Assembly: GCA_042216675.1 (NCBI GenBank)
Contig: JBDGTS010000007.1
Coordinates: 32,001-96,000 of the forward strand
Reading direction: 5' to 3'
DNA: 64,000 nt
From: Halobacteriaceae archaeon
GTDB lineage: Archaea > Halobacteriota > Halobacteria > Halobacteriales > Halobacteriaceae
In this document: piece after piece, positions 38,198 to 48,967 of the stretch
Layout: each line of letters begins with the position of its first letter
How positions within the stretch are numbered: the first letter of the stretch is position 1
Position numbers and translations under genes: made by a program
The notes under the pieces: generated by a model
Told to the model about the DNA's origin: nothing
The model's database searches: none
What the model saw: the letters and a program-made list of their open reading frames with translations, nothing else

Positions 38198-40759
38198 CCG
38201 GAAGCGGCCGAGCAGACGGTAGTCCTCCTCGGGGTCGTAGCGCCGGAACAGCAGGCTGTTCGAGAGGACGCTCACGCTGGAGAGCGCCATCGCGCCGGCC
38301 GCGAGAACCGGCTGGAGGAGCCCCAGCGAGGCGAGCGGAATCATCGCCGTGTTGTAGCCGAGCGCCCAGAACAGGTTCTGCTTGATCTTGGCGAGGGTGC
38401 CCTCGGAGATGCGGACTGCCTTCAGCACGTCTCTCGGGTCGTCCCGCATCAGGGTCACGTCCGCCGCCTCGATGGCGACGTCCGTCCCCGACCCGAGTGC
38501 GGTGCCGACGGACGCCGCGGCGAGGGCCGGCGCGTCGTTGACCCCGTCGCCGACCATCATCGCCTCGCGCCCGTCGGCCTGAATCTCCTCGACAGTTTCG
38601 GCCTTGTCCTCGGGCAGCACCTCCGCGCGGACGTTCGCGGGGTCGATGCCCACCGCCTCGGCGACGGCGCGGGCCGTGCGCTCGTTGTCGCCGGTGAGCA
38701 TCAGCACGTCGAGGCCGCGGGTCCGGAGCGCCGCGACTGCCTCGGCGCCGCTCTCCTTTACCGTGTCCGCGTCCGCGACGACGCCGACGGCGCGGCCGTC
38801 GACGGCGACGAGCATCGCCGTCTTGCCCTCGGATTCGAGGCGTTCGGCGGCGTCCAGCGCCGGGGCCACGTCGACGCCCTCGTCTCGGAGGAGTTTGCGG
38901 TTGCCGACCAGCACGTCGCGGCCCTCGACCGTCGCCTCGACGCCGTGACCGGGCACGTTCTCGAAGGACTCGGGGTCCGCGAGCGAGAGGCCGCGTTCGC
39001 GGGCGCCCTCCACGATGGCCGCCGCGAGTGGGTGTTCGCTGTTCAGTTCGGCGCTCGCGGCGAGGTGCAACACGTCGTCCTCGCCGAGTCGCTCGACGGC
39101 CGCCTGTCCGCCGTCGGGGGCCACGTCGTCGAGTGGCACCACGTCAGTCAGGCGCATCTCGCCCTCGGTGAGCGTGCCCGTCTTGTCGAAGACGACGGCG
39201 TCCACGTCTCTCACGCGTTCCAGCACGTCGCCGCCGGTGAACAACACGCCGTTCTGGGCGCCGATTGCGGTGCCCACCATCGTCGCGGCGGGCGTCGCCA
39301 GTCCCAGCGCGCAGGGACAGGCGATGAGGACGGCCGACGCGAACACGACGACGGAGAACTCGAAGACGGACACCGCGCCCCCGGCGACGGCGGGACCGCC
39401 GGCGACGAGACCCCACGCCGGGAGCCACTCGACGACCCCCGCCAGTGCCTCGGGGAACAGATACCACGCGACGGCCCAGAGCAGGGCGTTCGTGATGACC
39501 GCGGGCACGAAGTACGCCGAGATGCGGTCGGCCACGCGCTGAATCTCTGGCTGGCGGGACTGGGCCTCTTTCACCAGTTGGACGATGCGCTGGAGCGCCG
39601 TCTCGGAGCCGACTTGCGTCGCCTCGATTTCGAGGACGCCGTTCTCGTTGATGGTGGAGCCGATGACTTCGTCGCCGGGGCGCTTCTCGACGGGGACGGA
39701 CTCGCCGGTGACCATCGACTCGTCCACCGCGCTCTCACCCTCGACGACGACGCCGTCGGTGGGGATTTTCTCGCCGGGGCGCACCTTCAGTCGGTCGCCC
39801 ACTTCGACGTCCTCGATGGAGACTTCGACTTCCGCGCCGTCCTCGATGCGGGTGGCCGTGTCGGCCTCCATCTCCAGCAAGCGGCGCAGGGCCTCGCCGG
39901 CCTGCCCCTTCGACCGGGCTTCGAGGTAGTTCCCGAGCGTGATGAACACGAGGATGAGTGTCGCCGTATCGAAGTAGCGCCCGCCCGCGACGAGGCCCAG
40001 CAGGACGGCCACGGAGTAGGCGTAGGCCGTCGTCGACCCCAAGGCGATGAGTACGTCCATGTTCGCGGTGCGGTTGCGGACGACGGCCGTGTAGGTGTTC
40101 TTGAGGAACACTCGCCCGAGGACGACGTAGACGGGCGTCGCCAGCAGGAACTCCACCCAGCCGAAGTTCACGCCGAAGACGGACTCGGGGACGGGCGACG
40201 GGGACAGCAGCAGATTCAGGGCCAGAAACGCCACCAGCGGCGCGGAGAGGACCGCGCCGAACAGCGTGCGCCGGCGCTCCTCGCGAATCTCGGCTTCGCG
40301 GGCGCCCTCGCGCTCGTCCCCTTGGCCGTCGCTTTCTTCGGCCTCGCGCACAGGCGTGTAGCCGGCGTCCTCGATGGCGTCATAGAGGGTCTCGCGGGAC
40401 GCCTCGGCGGGATTGAACTCGACGGTGGCCTCGTCGGTGGCGTAGTTCACGTCGGCGCTCACGACGCCCGGCACGGATTCGAGGGCGTCCTCGTTCGTCG
40501 TCGCGCAGTTCGCACAGTGCATGTCCGAGATGCCGACGCTCGCGCGCGCCCGCACCGGGTCGTAGCCCGAACCTTCGATGGCGGCGTATATCTCGTCGAG
40601 ACTCGTCTCTGCGGGGTCGTACTCGACGGTGGCCTCGTCGGTGGCGTAGTTCACGTCCACAGAGACGACGCCGCCGAGGTCCGAGACGGCGTCCTCGACG
40701 GTGGCCGAGCAGTTGGCACAACTCATCCCGCCGACGCCTATCGTCGTCCCCCGAGTCAT
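38192..40759 (-). CDS. copA: Copper-translocating P1B ATPase with two HMA domains
   Basis: GMSCANC, DMHCANC, TGES, CPCALG, DKTGT, SEHPL, GDGVND, YN and MALSS. Confidence 0.93.
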   Translation of the reverse strand: MTRGTTIGVGGMSCANCSATVEDAVSDLGGVVSVDVNYATDEATVEYDPAETSLDEIYAAIEGSGYDPVRARASVGISDMHCANCATTNEDALESVPGVVSADVNYATDEATVEFNPAEASRETLYDAIEDAGYTPVREAEESDGQGDEREGAREAEIREERRRTLFGAVLSAPLVAFLALNLLLSPSPVPESVFGVNFGWVEFLLATPVYVVLGRVFLKNTYTAVVRNRTANMDVLIALGSTTAYAYSVAVLLGLVAGGRYFDTATLILVFITLGNYLEARSKGQAGEALRRLLEMEADTATRIEDGAEVEVSIEDVEVGDRLKVRPGEKIPTDGVVVEGESAVDESMVTGESVPVEKRPGDEVIGSTINENGVLEIEATQVGSETALQRIVQLVKEAQSRQPEIQRVADRISAYFVPAVITNALLWAVAWYLFPEALAGVVEWLPAWGLVAGGPAVAGGAVSVFEFSVVVFASAVLIACPCALGLATPAATMVGTAIGAQNGVLFTGGDVLERVRDVDAVVFDKTGTLTEGEMRLTDVVPLDDVAPDGGQAAVERLGEDDVLHLAASAELNSEHPLAAAIVEGARERGLSLADPESFENVPGHGVEATVEGRDVLVGNRKLLRDEGVDVAPALDAAERLESEGKTAMLVAVDGRAVGVVADADTVKESGAEAVAALRTRGLDVLMLTGDNERTARAVAEAVGIDPANVRAEVLPEDKAETVEEIQADGREAMMVGDGVNDAPALAAASVGTALGSGTDVAIEAADVTLMRDDPRDVLKAVRISEGTLAKIKQNLFWALGYNTAMIPLASLGLLQPVLAAGAMALSSVSVLSNSLLFRRYDPEEDYRLLGRFRS

Positions 40760-40966
40760 ACTGTCTCGTAGGGCCTCCCCGTTCTTGCCGATTTCCCTTG
40801 GGAAACCGCAGTCGAACACCGTCTGAACTTTGGAATCGAAGGCGAATTCGGCGGATCGATACCGACAGTTCGCCCGTTGGCCCGCGAGCGCTCCGCGATG
40901 GCCCTCGCGCGCCGCCGAACCCCCTGAACGGAAACTGGATTGAACGAGGCGTCCGTACGACAACAC

Positions 40967-42157
40967 ATGAGCGTCACCGAGACGGCCATCGAGGGACTCG
41001 AACTGGCCGGCGAGATGGGGTGGGAGACGTGGTGGGCGCTGGTGTTGGGCTTCACCATCGCCGGCGCGGTAGAGTCGTTCGTCAGCGAGGAGCAGATGTC
41101 CCGCGTCCTCGGCGGCGCGGGGGTGCGCGAGGTAGCTCTCGGGACAGTCTTCGGCGCGGCGTCGTCGAGTTGCTCCTTTGGCGCCGTCGCGACGACGAAG
41201 TCGCTGTTCAAGAAGGGGGCCTCGGCCGTTGCGAGCCTCGCCGCGTTCCAGTTCGCCAGCACGAATCTGGTCATCGAACTCGGACTGGTGATGTGGATTC
41301 TGCTCGGCTGGCAGTTCGTCGTCGCCGACGTGGTGGCGGGTCTATTGCTCATCGTCCTGTTGGCTCTCACCTACGGGTACGTCGTCCCCGAGGCGTGGTT
41401 CGACGCCGCGCGCGACCACCTGCGTTCGACGGAGGGCGTCCGCGACCCGCAGTGTGGGATGACGGTAGACCCGACTGACGACGACGTTCTCAGCCTCGAA
41501 ACGGACGGCGGGACGGAGTACTTCTGCTCGGAGTCCTGCAAGACGGCCTATCGAGAGGCCCAGTCACAGCGCGAGGCGTCTGTGACCGACCGCCTGTTCA
41601 CGCTGGACGGCTGGCGCCTCGCCGCGAAGAACGCGGTCGGAGAGTGGGGGATGCTCTGGAAGGACATCGTCGCAGGCTTCCTCGTCGCGGGTCTCATCGG
41701 CGCGTTCGTGCCTCCCGAGTGGTGGACTGCGCTGTTCGGTGTCGGCGCCACGGGGTCGCTGACGTGGGTCGTCGCGAGCGCCGCCATCGGCGTCGTCGTC
41801 GGCGTCGTCACCTTCGTCTGCTCGGTGGGGAACGTGCCCTTCGCGGTCATCCTCTGGAGCAACGGCATCGCCTTCGGCGGTGTGATGGCGTTCATCTTCG
41901 CGGACCTCATCGTGCCCACCATCGTCGACGCCTACCGGCGCTACTACGGCGCGCGAATCGCGGCCGTCATCTTCGTCTCGACGTTCATCGCCGCCGTCGT
42001 CGCGGGCGTCGCCATCCACTATCTCTGGGCGGGGCTGGACCTCATCCCCGCGGCGGGCGAAGTCGGCGGCACCGCGCCGAAGGGGTACACCGCCTATCTC
42101 AACGCCGCCGCGACGCCCGTCTTCCTCGTCGAACTGGCCGCGACGTGGCGCGAGTGA
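40967..42157 (+). CDS. DUF318/ArsP-like permease with internal YHS/TRASH domain
   Basis: [21 protein letters not shown]; internal DPQCGM...YFCSESCK. Confidence 0.8.
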   Translation: MSVTETAIEGLELAGEMGWETWWALVLGFTIAGAVESFVSEEQMSRVLGGAGVREVALGTVFGAASSSCSFGAVATTKSLFKKGASAVASLAAFQFASTNLVIELGLVMWILLGWQFVVADVVAGLLLIVLLALTYGYVVPEAWFDAARDHLRSTEGVRDPQCGMTVDPTDDDVLSLETDGGTEYFCSESCKTAYREAQSQREASVTDRLFTLDGWRLAAKNAVGEWGMLWKDIVAGFLVAGLIGAFVPPEWWTALFGVGATGSLTWVVASAAIGVVVGVVTFVCSVGNVPFAVILWSNGIAFGGVMAFIFADLIVPTIVDAYRRYYGARIAAVIFVSTFIAAVVAGVAIHYLWAGLDLIPAAGEVGGTAPKGYTAYLNAAATPVFLVELAATWRE

Positions 42158-43279
42158 TTAGACCCGGTTCGCCTCGATGAAGTCCCAGTCGAGGTTCCAG
42201 CCGATGCCGGGGTCGTCGGGAATGTGCATCACGCCGTTCTCGTCGGGAAGCGGCGGGTCGGTGAGCCACGGCCGCGAGGACTCGTAGTCGTAGTCGGGGT
42301 GGAGCAGGCCGTACTCGAAGTAGTCGCCCAGTTCCGTCGCGCCGAGGACGTGCAGGTTCGCGAGGCCGGCGCCGTGGAGTTCGCACTCGATTTTGAACGA
42401 CTCACAGAGGTTCACCGTCTTCATCGCGGGCGTGATGCCCCCGAGGTCGTGAGTGCCGGCGCGGATGATGTCGGCCACGTCGCGCTTGATCCACTCCGCG
42501 CGGGTCTGGTGTTTCCCCTCGGCCGTCTCCGGGCCGATGACGGGCACGTCCACCTCGTCGGTGAGCCACGCGTACGCGGACATCGAGTGCTCGTCCATCG
42601 GCTCTTCGAACCAGCGGTAATCGAGGTCCGAGAGCCCTTCCCCGAGCGTCTTGGCCTCCGTGCGCGAGTAGTAGTGATGGGAGTCGAGCATCAAGTCTAC
42701 GTCCGGGCCAACCGCGTCGCGCACCGCCGCACAGGCCGCGAGGTCCCGTTCCGGGTCGGCGCTGTAGGGCGGCATCCAGCCGTGGAGTTTGATGGCCTGA
42801 AAGCCCTCGTCGACGAGGTCCGAGGCGAAGTCGGCGTACGCCTCGGGGGTGCCCAGCCCATCAGGGTCGTCGTCGCCGACCATCGTGCTGGCGTAGGCGG
42901 GCACGGAGTCCCGCGCCGCGCCCAGCAGTTTGTAAACCGGCTTTCCGAGGGCCTTACCCGCGAGGTCCCAGAGCGCGACGTCGATGGCCGCGAGGGCGCT
43001 GTCGGTGAGGGTGCCGAGGTTCAACCGCTGGGTGCGGTACAACTGCTGCCAGAGGGCCTCCCGGTCGAAGGGGTCCGCGCCGAGGAGGTAGTTCTCGGCG
43101 ATGTCGCAGGCCGCGGGCGTGCCGCCCATCCCGTAGCCCTCGACGCCCTCGTCGGTGGTGATGCGCGTGAGCGTCCGGGTCGCCTCGTGTGGCTCCCCCG
43201 GGTGCGCGTGGCCCTTCTCGTCGCTCGTGACGCGCGATTCGTACGCGAACTGGACCGTTTCGACGCCGGTGATTTCCAT
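42158..43279 (-). CDS. Mandelate racemase/enolase superfamily enzyme
   Basis: IDVALWDLAGK, VPAYAST, IKLH, MLDSH, WFEEP, GPE, PGIG. Confidence 0.88.
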   Translation of the reverse strand: MEITGVETVQFAYESRVTSDEKGHAHPGEPHEATRTLTRITTDEGVEGYGMGGTPAACDIAENYLLGADPFDREALWQQLYRTQRLNLGTLTDSALAAIDVALWDLAGKALGKPVYKLLGAARDSVPAYASTMVGDDDPDGLGTPEAYADFASDLVDEGFQAIKLHGWMPPYSADPERDLAACAAVRDAVGPDVDLMLDSHHYYSRTEAKTLGEGLSDLDYRWFEEPMDEHSMSAYAWLTDEVDVPVIGPETAEGKHQTRAEWIKRDVADIIRAGTHDLGGITPAMKTVNLCESFKIECELHGAGLANLHVLGATELGDYFEYGLLHPDYDYESSRPWLTDPPLPDENGVMHIPDDPGIGWNLDWDFIEANRV

Positions 43280-43392
43280 CGCCTCGGCCCTCACCGTCGA
43301 GCGACAAAGGCCTTCGGCCCGCGGAACTGTCGGCGTCAATGGGAAAACCGGGTCGCTTAATTGGGTCCTTCCCCATGTACCGCTATCTCTAG

Positions 43393-44445
43393 ATGGCGAC
43401 TTCTCTGTCCGCCGAGCCCGACCTCGACTGGTGTCACGAGGCAGTCCACGGTGTCTCCCGTACGTTCGCGGTGACAGTCGACGTGTTGGCCGAGCCGATG
43501 GCCTCACACATCTGTCTCGGCTACCTGTTGTGCCGCGTCGCCGACACCGTGGAGGACGCCGGACACGTGCCGCCCGCGGCGCAGGCAGACCTCCTGCGCA
43601 CCTACGACGCCGCCCTCGACCCCGACGACGGCACCACGATGGCGACGTTCAGGTCGGCCGTCGACGAGTGGCTCCCGGCCACCGAATCCCGAAGCGACGA
43701 CTGGGCCGTGGTCGCTGAGGCTCCGACGGTGTGGGCGACGTTCGCGAATCAGCCGGCCTCGGTGCGCGAAGCCGTCGTGCCGCCGGTTCGCGAGATGGTC
43801 GACGGGATGGCCACCTTCGTCGAGCGATACGCCGACGCCGGCGGCCTGCGGGTCGGCGACCGGCCGGAACTCGACCGGTACTGTCACTACGCCGCCGGGA
43901 CCGTGGGGACCCTCATCACGAACCTCCTCACGCGCGGCGACGTGGCCGCGGACAGGGCGCGGACGCTGTACGACACGGCGGAGTCCTTCGGCCTCCTCCT
44001 CCAGTTGATAAACGTCTCCAAGGACGTGTACGACGACTACACCGCCGAGAACAACGTCTACCTCCCGGCGGAGTGGCTGGCGGCGGAGGGCGTGGCACAG
44101 CAGAACGTCCTCGACCCGGCGAACCGGTCGGCCGTGACCCGCGTCGTCCGCCGCACCGCGGACTACGCGGCCACGTTCCTCGACGACGCCCAGCGATACA
44201 TCGAGACGATGCCACTCGTTCACGGCAACACCCTCGCCGCGTGGGCCGTGCCGTTTCTCCTCGGTGTCGGCACTCTCCGCGAACTCGACGAGCGACCGGG
44301 CGACGCCCTCACGGAAGCGGGGGTGAAGGTGTCCCGCGAGGAAGTGTTCGCCGTGATGGGCGCGGCGGACGAGGCTGACCGCGCCGCCATCAGTGACCTT
44401 CGGGAGTCCATCACGCGCGAACCGTTCCACCACACGCTCGACTGA
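43393..44445 (+). CDS. Squalene/phytoene synthase family protein
   Basis: VSRTF, YLLCRVADTVED, YCHYAAGTVG, LQLINVSKDVYDD, YLP. Confidence 0.88.
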   Translation: MATSLSAEPDLDWCHEAVHGVSRTFAVTVDVLAEPMASHICLGYLLCRVADTVEDAGHVPPAAQADLLRTYDAALDPDDGTTMATFRSAVDEWLPATESRSDDWAVVAEAPTVWATFANQPASVREAVVPPVREMVDGMATFVERYADAGGLRVGDRPELDRYCHYAAGTVGTLITNLLTRGDVAADRARTLYDTAESFGLLLQLINVSKDVYDDYTAENNVYLPAEWLAAEGVAQQNVLDPANRSAVTRVVRRTADYAATFLDDAQRYIETMPLVHGNTLAAWAVPFLLGVGTLRELDERPGDALTEAGVKVSREEVFAVMGAADEADRAAISDLRESITREPFHHTLD

Positions 44446-44599
44446 CTGGTCTCCGATTCGCGGACCGGGGCGGCGAACTCCTGTTACGATGCCAGCGGCG
44501 CCACCGCGACGGATTCCAGCAGTCCGACTGTCTCCCGACACCTACTGGTGAACGCTTTCGACGCCACTCTCACCACCCGCCGTTTCCGACGCCCCTCCG

Positions 44600-44983
44600 C
44601 TACGGCTGAATGTCGTAGATTTTCCACTCGCCGTCGGCCGTGCGCAGGTCGTACGTCGCCGTGTCTGACACCGTGCGGTCGCCGGTGTCCACCGTGACTG
44701 AGGTCCGGACTTCGGCCGTGCTGTCGCCCTCGTCGAGCACTTCGACCGAGTTGATTTCGATAGTCGCTCCCTCGTAGCGCTCCATCTGCTCCGGGGTGAA
44801 CTCGGGCAAGGCCGCGTCGGGATGCAGAAACTCGTTGACTTCGGACGCGCTTCCGCCGTACAGCGTCTCGAGGTAGTTCCTGACGACGTCCTCCGGTCCC
44901 GAACTGGAGGCCGAGCCCAGACAGCCGGCCAGAAGTGTGGCGACGGTCGTGCCACACGTCGTGAGAAAGCGTCTCCGTTGCAG
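44600..44983 (-). CDS. Tat lipoprotein; start codon unresolved (CTG start or 5' frameshift)
   Basis: The frame of the 69-aa track ORF extends upstream as LQRRRFLTTCGTTVATLLAGCLGS..., with no in-frame ATG/GTG/TTG before the signal. Confidence 0.65.
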   Translation of the reverse strand: MQRRRFLTTCGTTVATLLAGCLGSASSSGPEDVVRNYLETLYGGSASEVNEFLHPDAALPEFTPEQMERYEGATIEINSVEVLDEGDSTAEVRTSVTVDTGDRTVSDTATYDLRTADGEWKIYDIQP

Positions 44984-45229
44984 GGCACGCGCATTTGTGG
45001 AGACGCGGTTTGTATATTTTCGAACCCGGTAGTGCGCCGCACAGAAGGCCGGAGAGATTTGCTATCGCGGTTATTGATTTATCAGTTCGGTGCGCCCCTC
45101 GTGATCCGGTGGGTTCGCCGCCTACGCGCTTCGGTCGTGCCGACGGCGGCCCCGTCGTGAGCGGCGGTGCCGGTGGCCGCCGCGCGGGTAGGGTCCCCTC
45201 TTTTGCTCGTGCCGATGCCATCGCGGCCC

Positions 45230-45862
45230 ATGAGCACGGAGACCATCGTCTCGATACCCGCAGACAACGACGTGCCCCTGGAGGGCCAACTCACCGTCCC
45301 CGAATCCCCGGCCGGTATCGTCGTCTTCGCGCACGGGAGCGGGAGCAGTCGGCACAGTCCCCGCAACAACTTCGTCGCGGAGGTGCTGAACGACCGGAAC
45401 TTGGCGACCCTGCTGTTCGACCTGCTCACCGAACAGGAGGACCGGGACCGCAGCAACCGCTTCGACATTCCGCTTCTGACCGACAGGCTCGGCGCCGCGA
45501 CCGACTGGGTGGCCGAGCGACCGGCCGTTTCGGACCTCCCGCGGGGGTACTTCGGGGCGAGCACCGGCGCCGCGGCGGCCCTCAAGGCCCAAGCGCGCCG
45601 GGACGACGTGGACGCCGTCGTCTCGCGGGGCGGGCGCGTCGACATGGCCGAAGACGCACTCGACGAGATCGACGCCCCCTCGCTGTTCATCGTCGGCGGC
45701 GACGACGAGGACGTCCTCGAACTGAACCGGGAGGCGTTCGCCCGCCTCGACTGCGAGAAGTCGCTGGAAGTCGTCGAGGGCGCGGGCCACCTCTTTGAAG
45801 GGCCGGGCGAACTGGAGACGGTGGCCGAACACGCCGCCGACTGGTTCGAGACCCACCTCTAA
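45230..45862 (+). CDS. Alpha/beta hydrolase (dienelactone hydrolase-like)
   Basis: FAHGSGSSRHSPRN, GYFGASTG, VSRGGR, GAGHLFE. Confidence 0.85.
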   Translation: MSTETIVSIPADNDVPLEGQLTVPESPAGIVVFAHGSGSSRHSPRNNFVAEVLNDRNLATLLFDLLTEQEDRDRSNRFDIPLLTDRLGAATDWVAERPAVSDLPRGYFGASTGAAAALKAQARRDDVDAVVSRGGRVDMAEDALDEIDAPSLFIVGGDDEDVLELNREAFARLDCEKSLEVVEGAGHLFEGPGELETVAEHAADWFETHL

Positions 45863-47958
45863 AGCGGGCAACACCGCGCCTCGTCGGGCTTGCCGTCCTC
45901 GGAGAGCGATTCGGCGCTCGTCTGGAGTACCTGCTCGCTCCGGGAGCGGTTTCGGTAGATTGTCAGCCCCTTGCACCCGGCGTCGAGAGCGAGGCGGAAC
46001 GCGTCGGCCACGTCCTCGCGGGTGGCGTCGTTCGGAACGTTCACCGTCTTCGAGATGCCCGCGTCGACGTGTTCCTGAAACGCCGCCTGCACGCGGACGT
46101 GGTCCTCGGGGGCCACGTCGCGCGCGGTCACGAACGGGTCGGCGATGGCGTCGGGGATGGGGAGGCCCGATGCACCCTCGAACTCGCCGTCGGCGATCTG
46201 CTGTCTGGCCGCCTCTTTCACCTCGTCCACGTCGATAGCGTTGGCCTCCAGCACCCGGAGGAAGTAGTCGTCGAACTCCACGATGGCTTCGCCGCCCTCG
46301 ACGTCCGGGCTGACGTTCTTGCGGTAGGCGACGCTGAACAGGGGTTCACATCCGCCGGAGGTGTTTGCGATCATACTCGTCGTCCCCGTCGGCGCGATGG
46401 TCGTGGTGCTGTGGTTGCGCGTCGGGAAGCCATCGGTCCAGTTTCCTGCGTCCCGGCCGGTGTGGCGCCCGAACCAGTCTGCGTGGGCCGTCGGCGCGGC
46501 GAGTTTCGACTCGTCCCACGCCGGGAACGTGCCGCGTTCCTCCGCGAGGTCCCGACTCGCGCCAGTCGAGACGCGCTGAATCCGGCCCATCACGCGGTCC
46601 GCGACGGCCAGTGAGGTCCCCGACCCGTAGCGAACTCCCAACTGGAGGAGTAACTCGGCGAAGCCCATCACGCCGAGGCCCACCTTCCGCAACTCCTCGA
46701 CGGTGGCACCGATTTCCGCCACGGGGAACTCACAGACCGTGTTCACGTCGTCGAGGAAACGCGTCCCGTCGCGAGCGACCCGGTCGAGGCGGTCCCAGTC
46801 GATGGCCTGGTCGAGGAACGCGTCCACGTCGCCGTCGAAGGCGGGCCACGGCGTGCGGCCGTCGGCGGCCATCAGCGAGAGGTTCACGTGGCCGAGCGTG
46901 CATGCCTCGGCCTCCTCGAGTGGCTGTTCGCCGCAGGGGTTCGTCGCCCGAATCCGGTGTTCGGGGTGGCTCTCCACGTCGAAGGTGTGCTGGCGGTTCG
47001 CCTCGTCGATGGCGAACAGGCCGGGTTCGCCGTTGCGCCACGCACCGTCCACGATGAGACGCCAGACGAACCCCGCGGGCAGGGTCATCGGCTCCCCCGC
47101 TTCGAGGTCCGTCTCCCCCCGGTACTGTCCGATGCCGGCCACGTCGTCGGCGTAGTCGCGCCAGAAATTCGTCGCGACGGCGTGGTCTGGCGCGGACTCG
47201 TACTCGGTGCTGTAGAACGACGCCGTCGCCGCCGTCACCTCGTGTTGCTCGCCAGTTCGGGGGTTCACGAGTTCGTAGCGCTCACCGTCGCGTACCGCAC
47301 GGTCGAACGCCTCGGTGACGCCGACGGAGACGTTGAAGTTCGAGAGCACGCCCTCCTCGCGCTTGGCGGTGCAAAAGCGCCCGACGTCGGGGTGGTCGGC
47401 GCGGAGTATCCCCATCTGAGCGCCCCGCCGCTTTCCGCCCTGCTTGAGTTGCGCGCACATCTCGTCGAAGACGTGCATGAACGAGACGGGACCCGCGGCG
47501 GCGCCCGTCTCCGTGCGCACCGGGTCGCCTTCCGGTCGGAGCGCCGAGAAGGAGTAGCCGACGCCGCCGCCGCTGTTGAAGATCTTCGCGGCGTTCGTCA
47601 CCGTGTCGAAGATGTCCGTCAGGTCGTCGCCCGGCGACAGGACGAAACAGGCCGACAGTTGCTCTCGATTCGTGCCCGCGTTCATCAGCGTCGGCGAGTT
47701 CGGCACGAACTCCAACCCAGTCATCATCTCCTCGAACGTGGTCGCCCACGCGCCCGGGTCGCCGCCGTATCGCCCCTCGGCGCGGGCGACGGCTGTCGCG
47801 ACTCGCTCGAACATCTCCGCGGGCGTCTCCGCGAGTTCGCCGTCCTCGTTCCGGCGGAGATATCGCGAGGGGAGGATGCGCCGAACGGCGTTCTCCGTCA
47901 GACGCTCCCGGACCGTGTCGCCCGTAACGCGCTTGACGGGGAGTGTAACCTCGCTCAT
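45859..47958 (-). CDS. nrdJ: Class II (adenosylcobalamin-dependent) ribonucleotide reductase, short form
   Basis: PNSPTLMNAG, LSACFV, QGGKRRGAQM, ATNPCGEQPL, TIAPTGT, ISKTVN, GCKGLTIYR. Confidence 0.9.
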   Translation of the reverse strand: MSEVTLPVKRVTGDTVRERLTENAVRRILPSRYLRRNEDGELAETPAEMFERVATAVARAEGRYGGDPGAWATTFEEMMTGLEFVPNSPTLMNAGTNREQLSACFVLSPGDDLTDIFDTVTNAAKIFNSGGGVGYSFSALRPEGDPVRTETGAAAGPVSFMHVFDEMCAQLKQGGKRRGAQMGILRADHPDVGRFCTAKREEGVLSNFNVSVGVTEAFDRAVRDGERYELVNPRTGEQHEVTAATASFYSTEYESAPDHAVATNFWRDYADDVAGIGQYRGETDLEAGEPMTLPAGFVWRLIVDGAWRNGEPGLFAIDEANRQHTFDVESHPEHRIRATNPCGEQPLEEAEACTLGHVNLSLMAADGRTPWPAFDGDVDAFLDQAIDWDRLDRVARDGTRFLDDVNTVCEFPVAEIGATVEELRKVGLGVMGFAELLLQLGVRYGSGTSLAVADRVMGRIQRVSTGASRDLAEERGTFPAWDESKLAAPTAHADWFGRHTGRDAGNWTDGFPTRNHSTTTIAPTGTTSMIANTSGGCEPLFSVAYRKNVSPDVEGGEAIVEFDDYFLRVLEANAIDVDEVKEAARQQIADGEFEGASGLPIPDAIADPFVTARDVAPEDHVRVQAAFQEHVDAGISKTVNVPNDATREDVADAFRLALDAGCKGLTIYRNRSRSEQVLQTSAESLSEDGKPDEARCCPL

Positions 47959-48076
47959 CGGATCACCCTGCGACGGACACGCATGGAATTTCGTATAGCG
48001 CCTGACGATATAAGACGCCACCCAAAGGACACCTCACATCGGCACGCTTAGGCCCTCGCACTAACTCACAGCCCAC

Positions 48077-48877
48077 ATGCGCCTGCTCGTCGCCGGTGCC
48101 GACCGCGTCGACGCGGGGAAGACGACGTTCTCCACGGGCCTTCTCTCCCGCGTCGGCGGCACGGGGTTCAAGCCCCGCGCCGGCAACTCGCTCTGGTTCG
48201 ACCACGACGACGTGCGCCGCGCCGTTCGGGAGGGGCGCCTCTACGGCAAGGACGCCTACCGCCTCGCGGCCGCGAGCGCCGAGGACGTGACGGCCGAGGA
48301 CATCAATCCGATTCACCGACTCTGGCGGCCCGACCCCGGGGCCGGCGGCCTCATCGGGGCGCACGACCGGGCGTTCGTCTGTGACCGGGTGGGCGACTCC
48401 CACGTCGTCAACGGGACGGCCGAGGTCCCGGCTCTCGTCGCGGACGGCCTCCCACTCGACGACGCCGTCTCCGTGGCCTCCGTCGAGGAACTCAACACGG
48501 TCACCGAGCGTCGCCACCTCGTCGCCCTCGACCAAGTGGCCGCGCGGGTCCGCGCCCGGGACCGCACCGTCGTGGAGTCCTACGGCGACGTGGCCCGACC
48601 GCTCCGTGACCTCTCGGTGGACGCCGTCGCGGTGGTCGAACCCGGCCGCGCTCGGGTGTACGACGGGGAGCGCTACGGCCGTGCGTGTGAGGTGGCGGGG
48701 CGCAGTCCCCGTGACGGCCGCCTCGAACGCCGGGTGACAGACGTCCTCGACTACCTCGACCCGGCCGCGCGCGTCTCGCTTCCCCCACTCACCGACGAGA
48801 CGCGGACCGACCCGGCGGCCGTGGCGGACGCCTACGCCCCGGCGTACGACGAACTGCTGGCTGTCGCGAGCCAATAA
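48077..48877 (+). CDS. Archaeal P-loop ATPase-like protein
   Basis: AGADRVDAGKTTFS Walker A variant, FKPRAGN, VVESY. Confidence 0.75.
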   Translation: MRLLVAGADRVDAGKTTFSTGLLSRVGGTGFKPRAGNSLWFDHDDVRRAVREGRLYGKDAYRLAAASAEDVTAEDINPIHRLWRPDPGAGGLIGAHDRAFVCDRVGDSHVVNGTAEVPALVADGLPLDDAVSVASVEELNTVTERRHLVALDQVAARVRARDRTVVESYGDVARPLRDLSVDAVAVVEPGRARVYDGERYGRACEVAGRSPRDGRLERRVTDVLDYLDPAARVSLPPLTDETRTDPAAVADAYAPAYDELLAVASQ

Positions 48878-48967
48878 ACTGCATACCGCGATACGAAACA
48901 CGGGACTCGTGCCTGCACAATAGTTGTCGGGACTACACTTTTCTGCCCTCGCCGTGAGCCGTAGGCC

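Noticed and set aside
45859-47958. Intein or prophage origin of nrdJ
   Set aside because: The motifs are contiguous with no intein signature, and there are no viral genes or integrase nearby.
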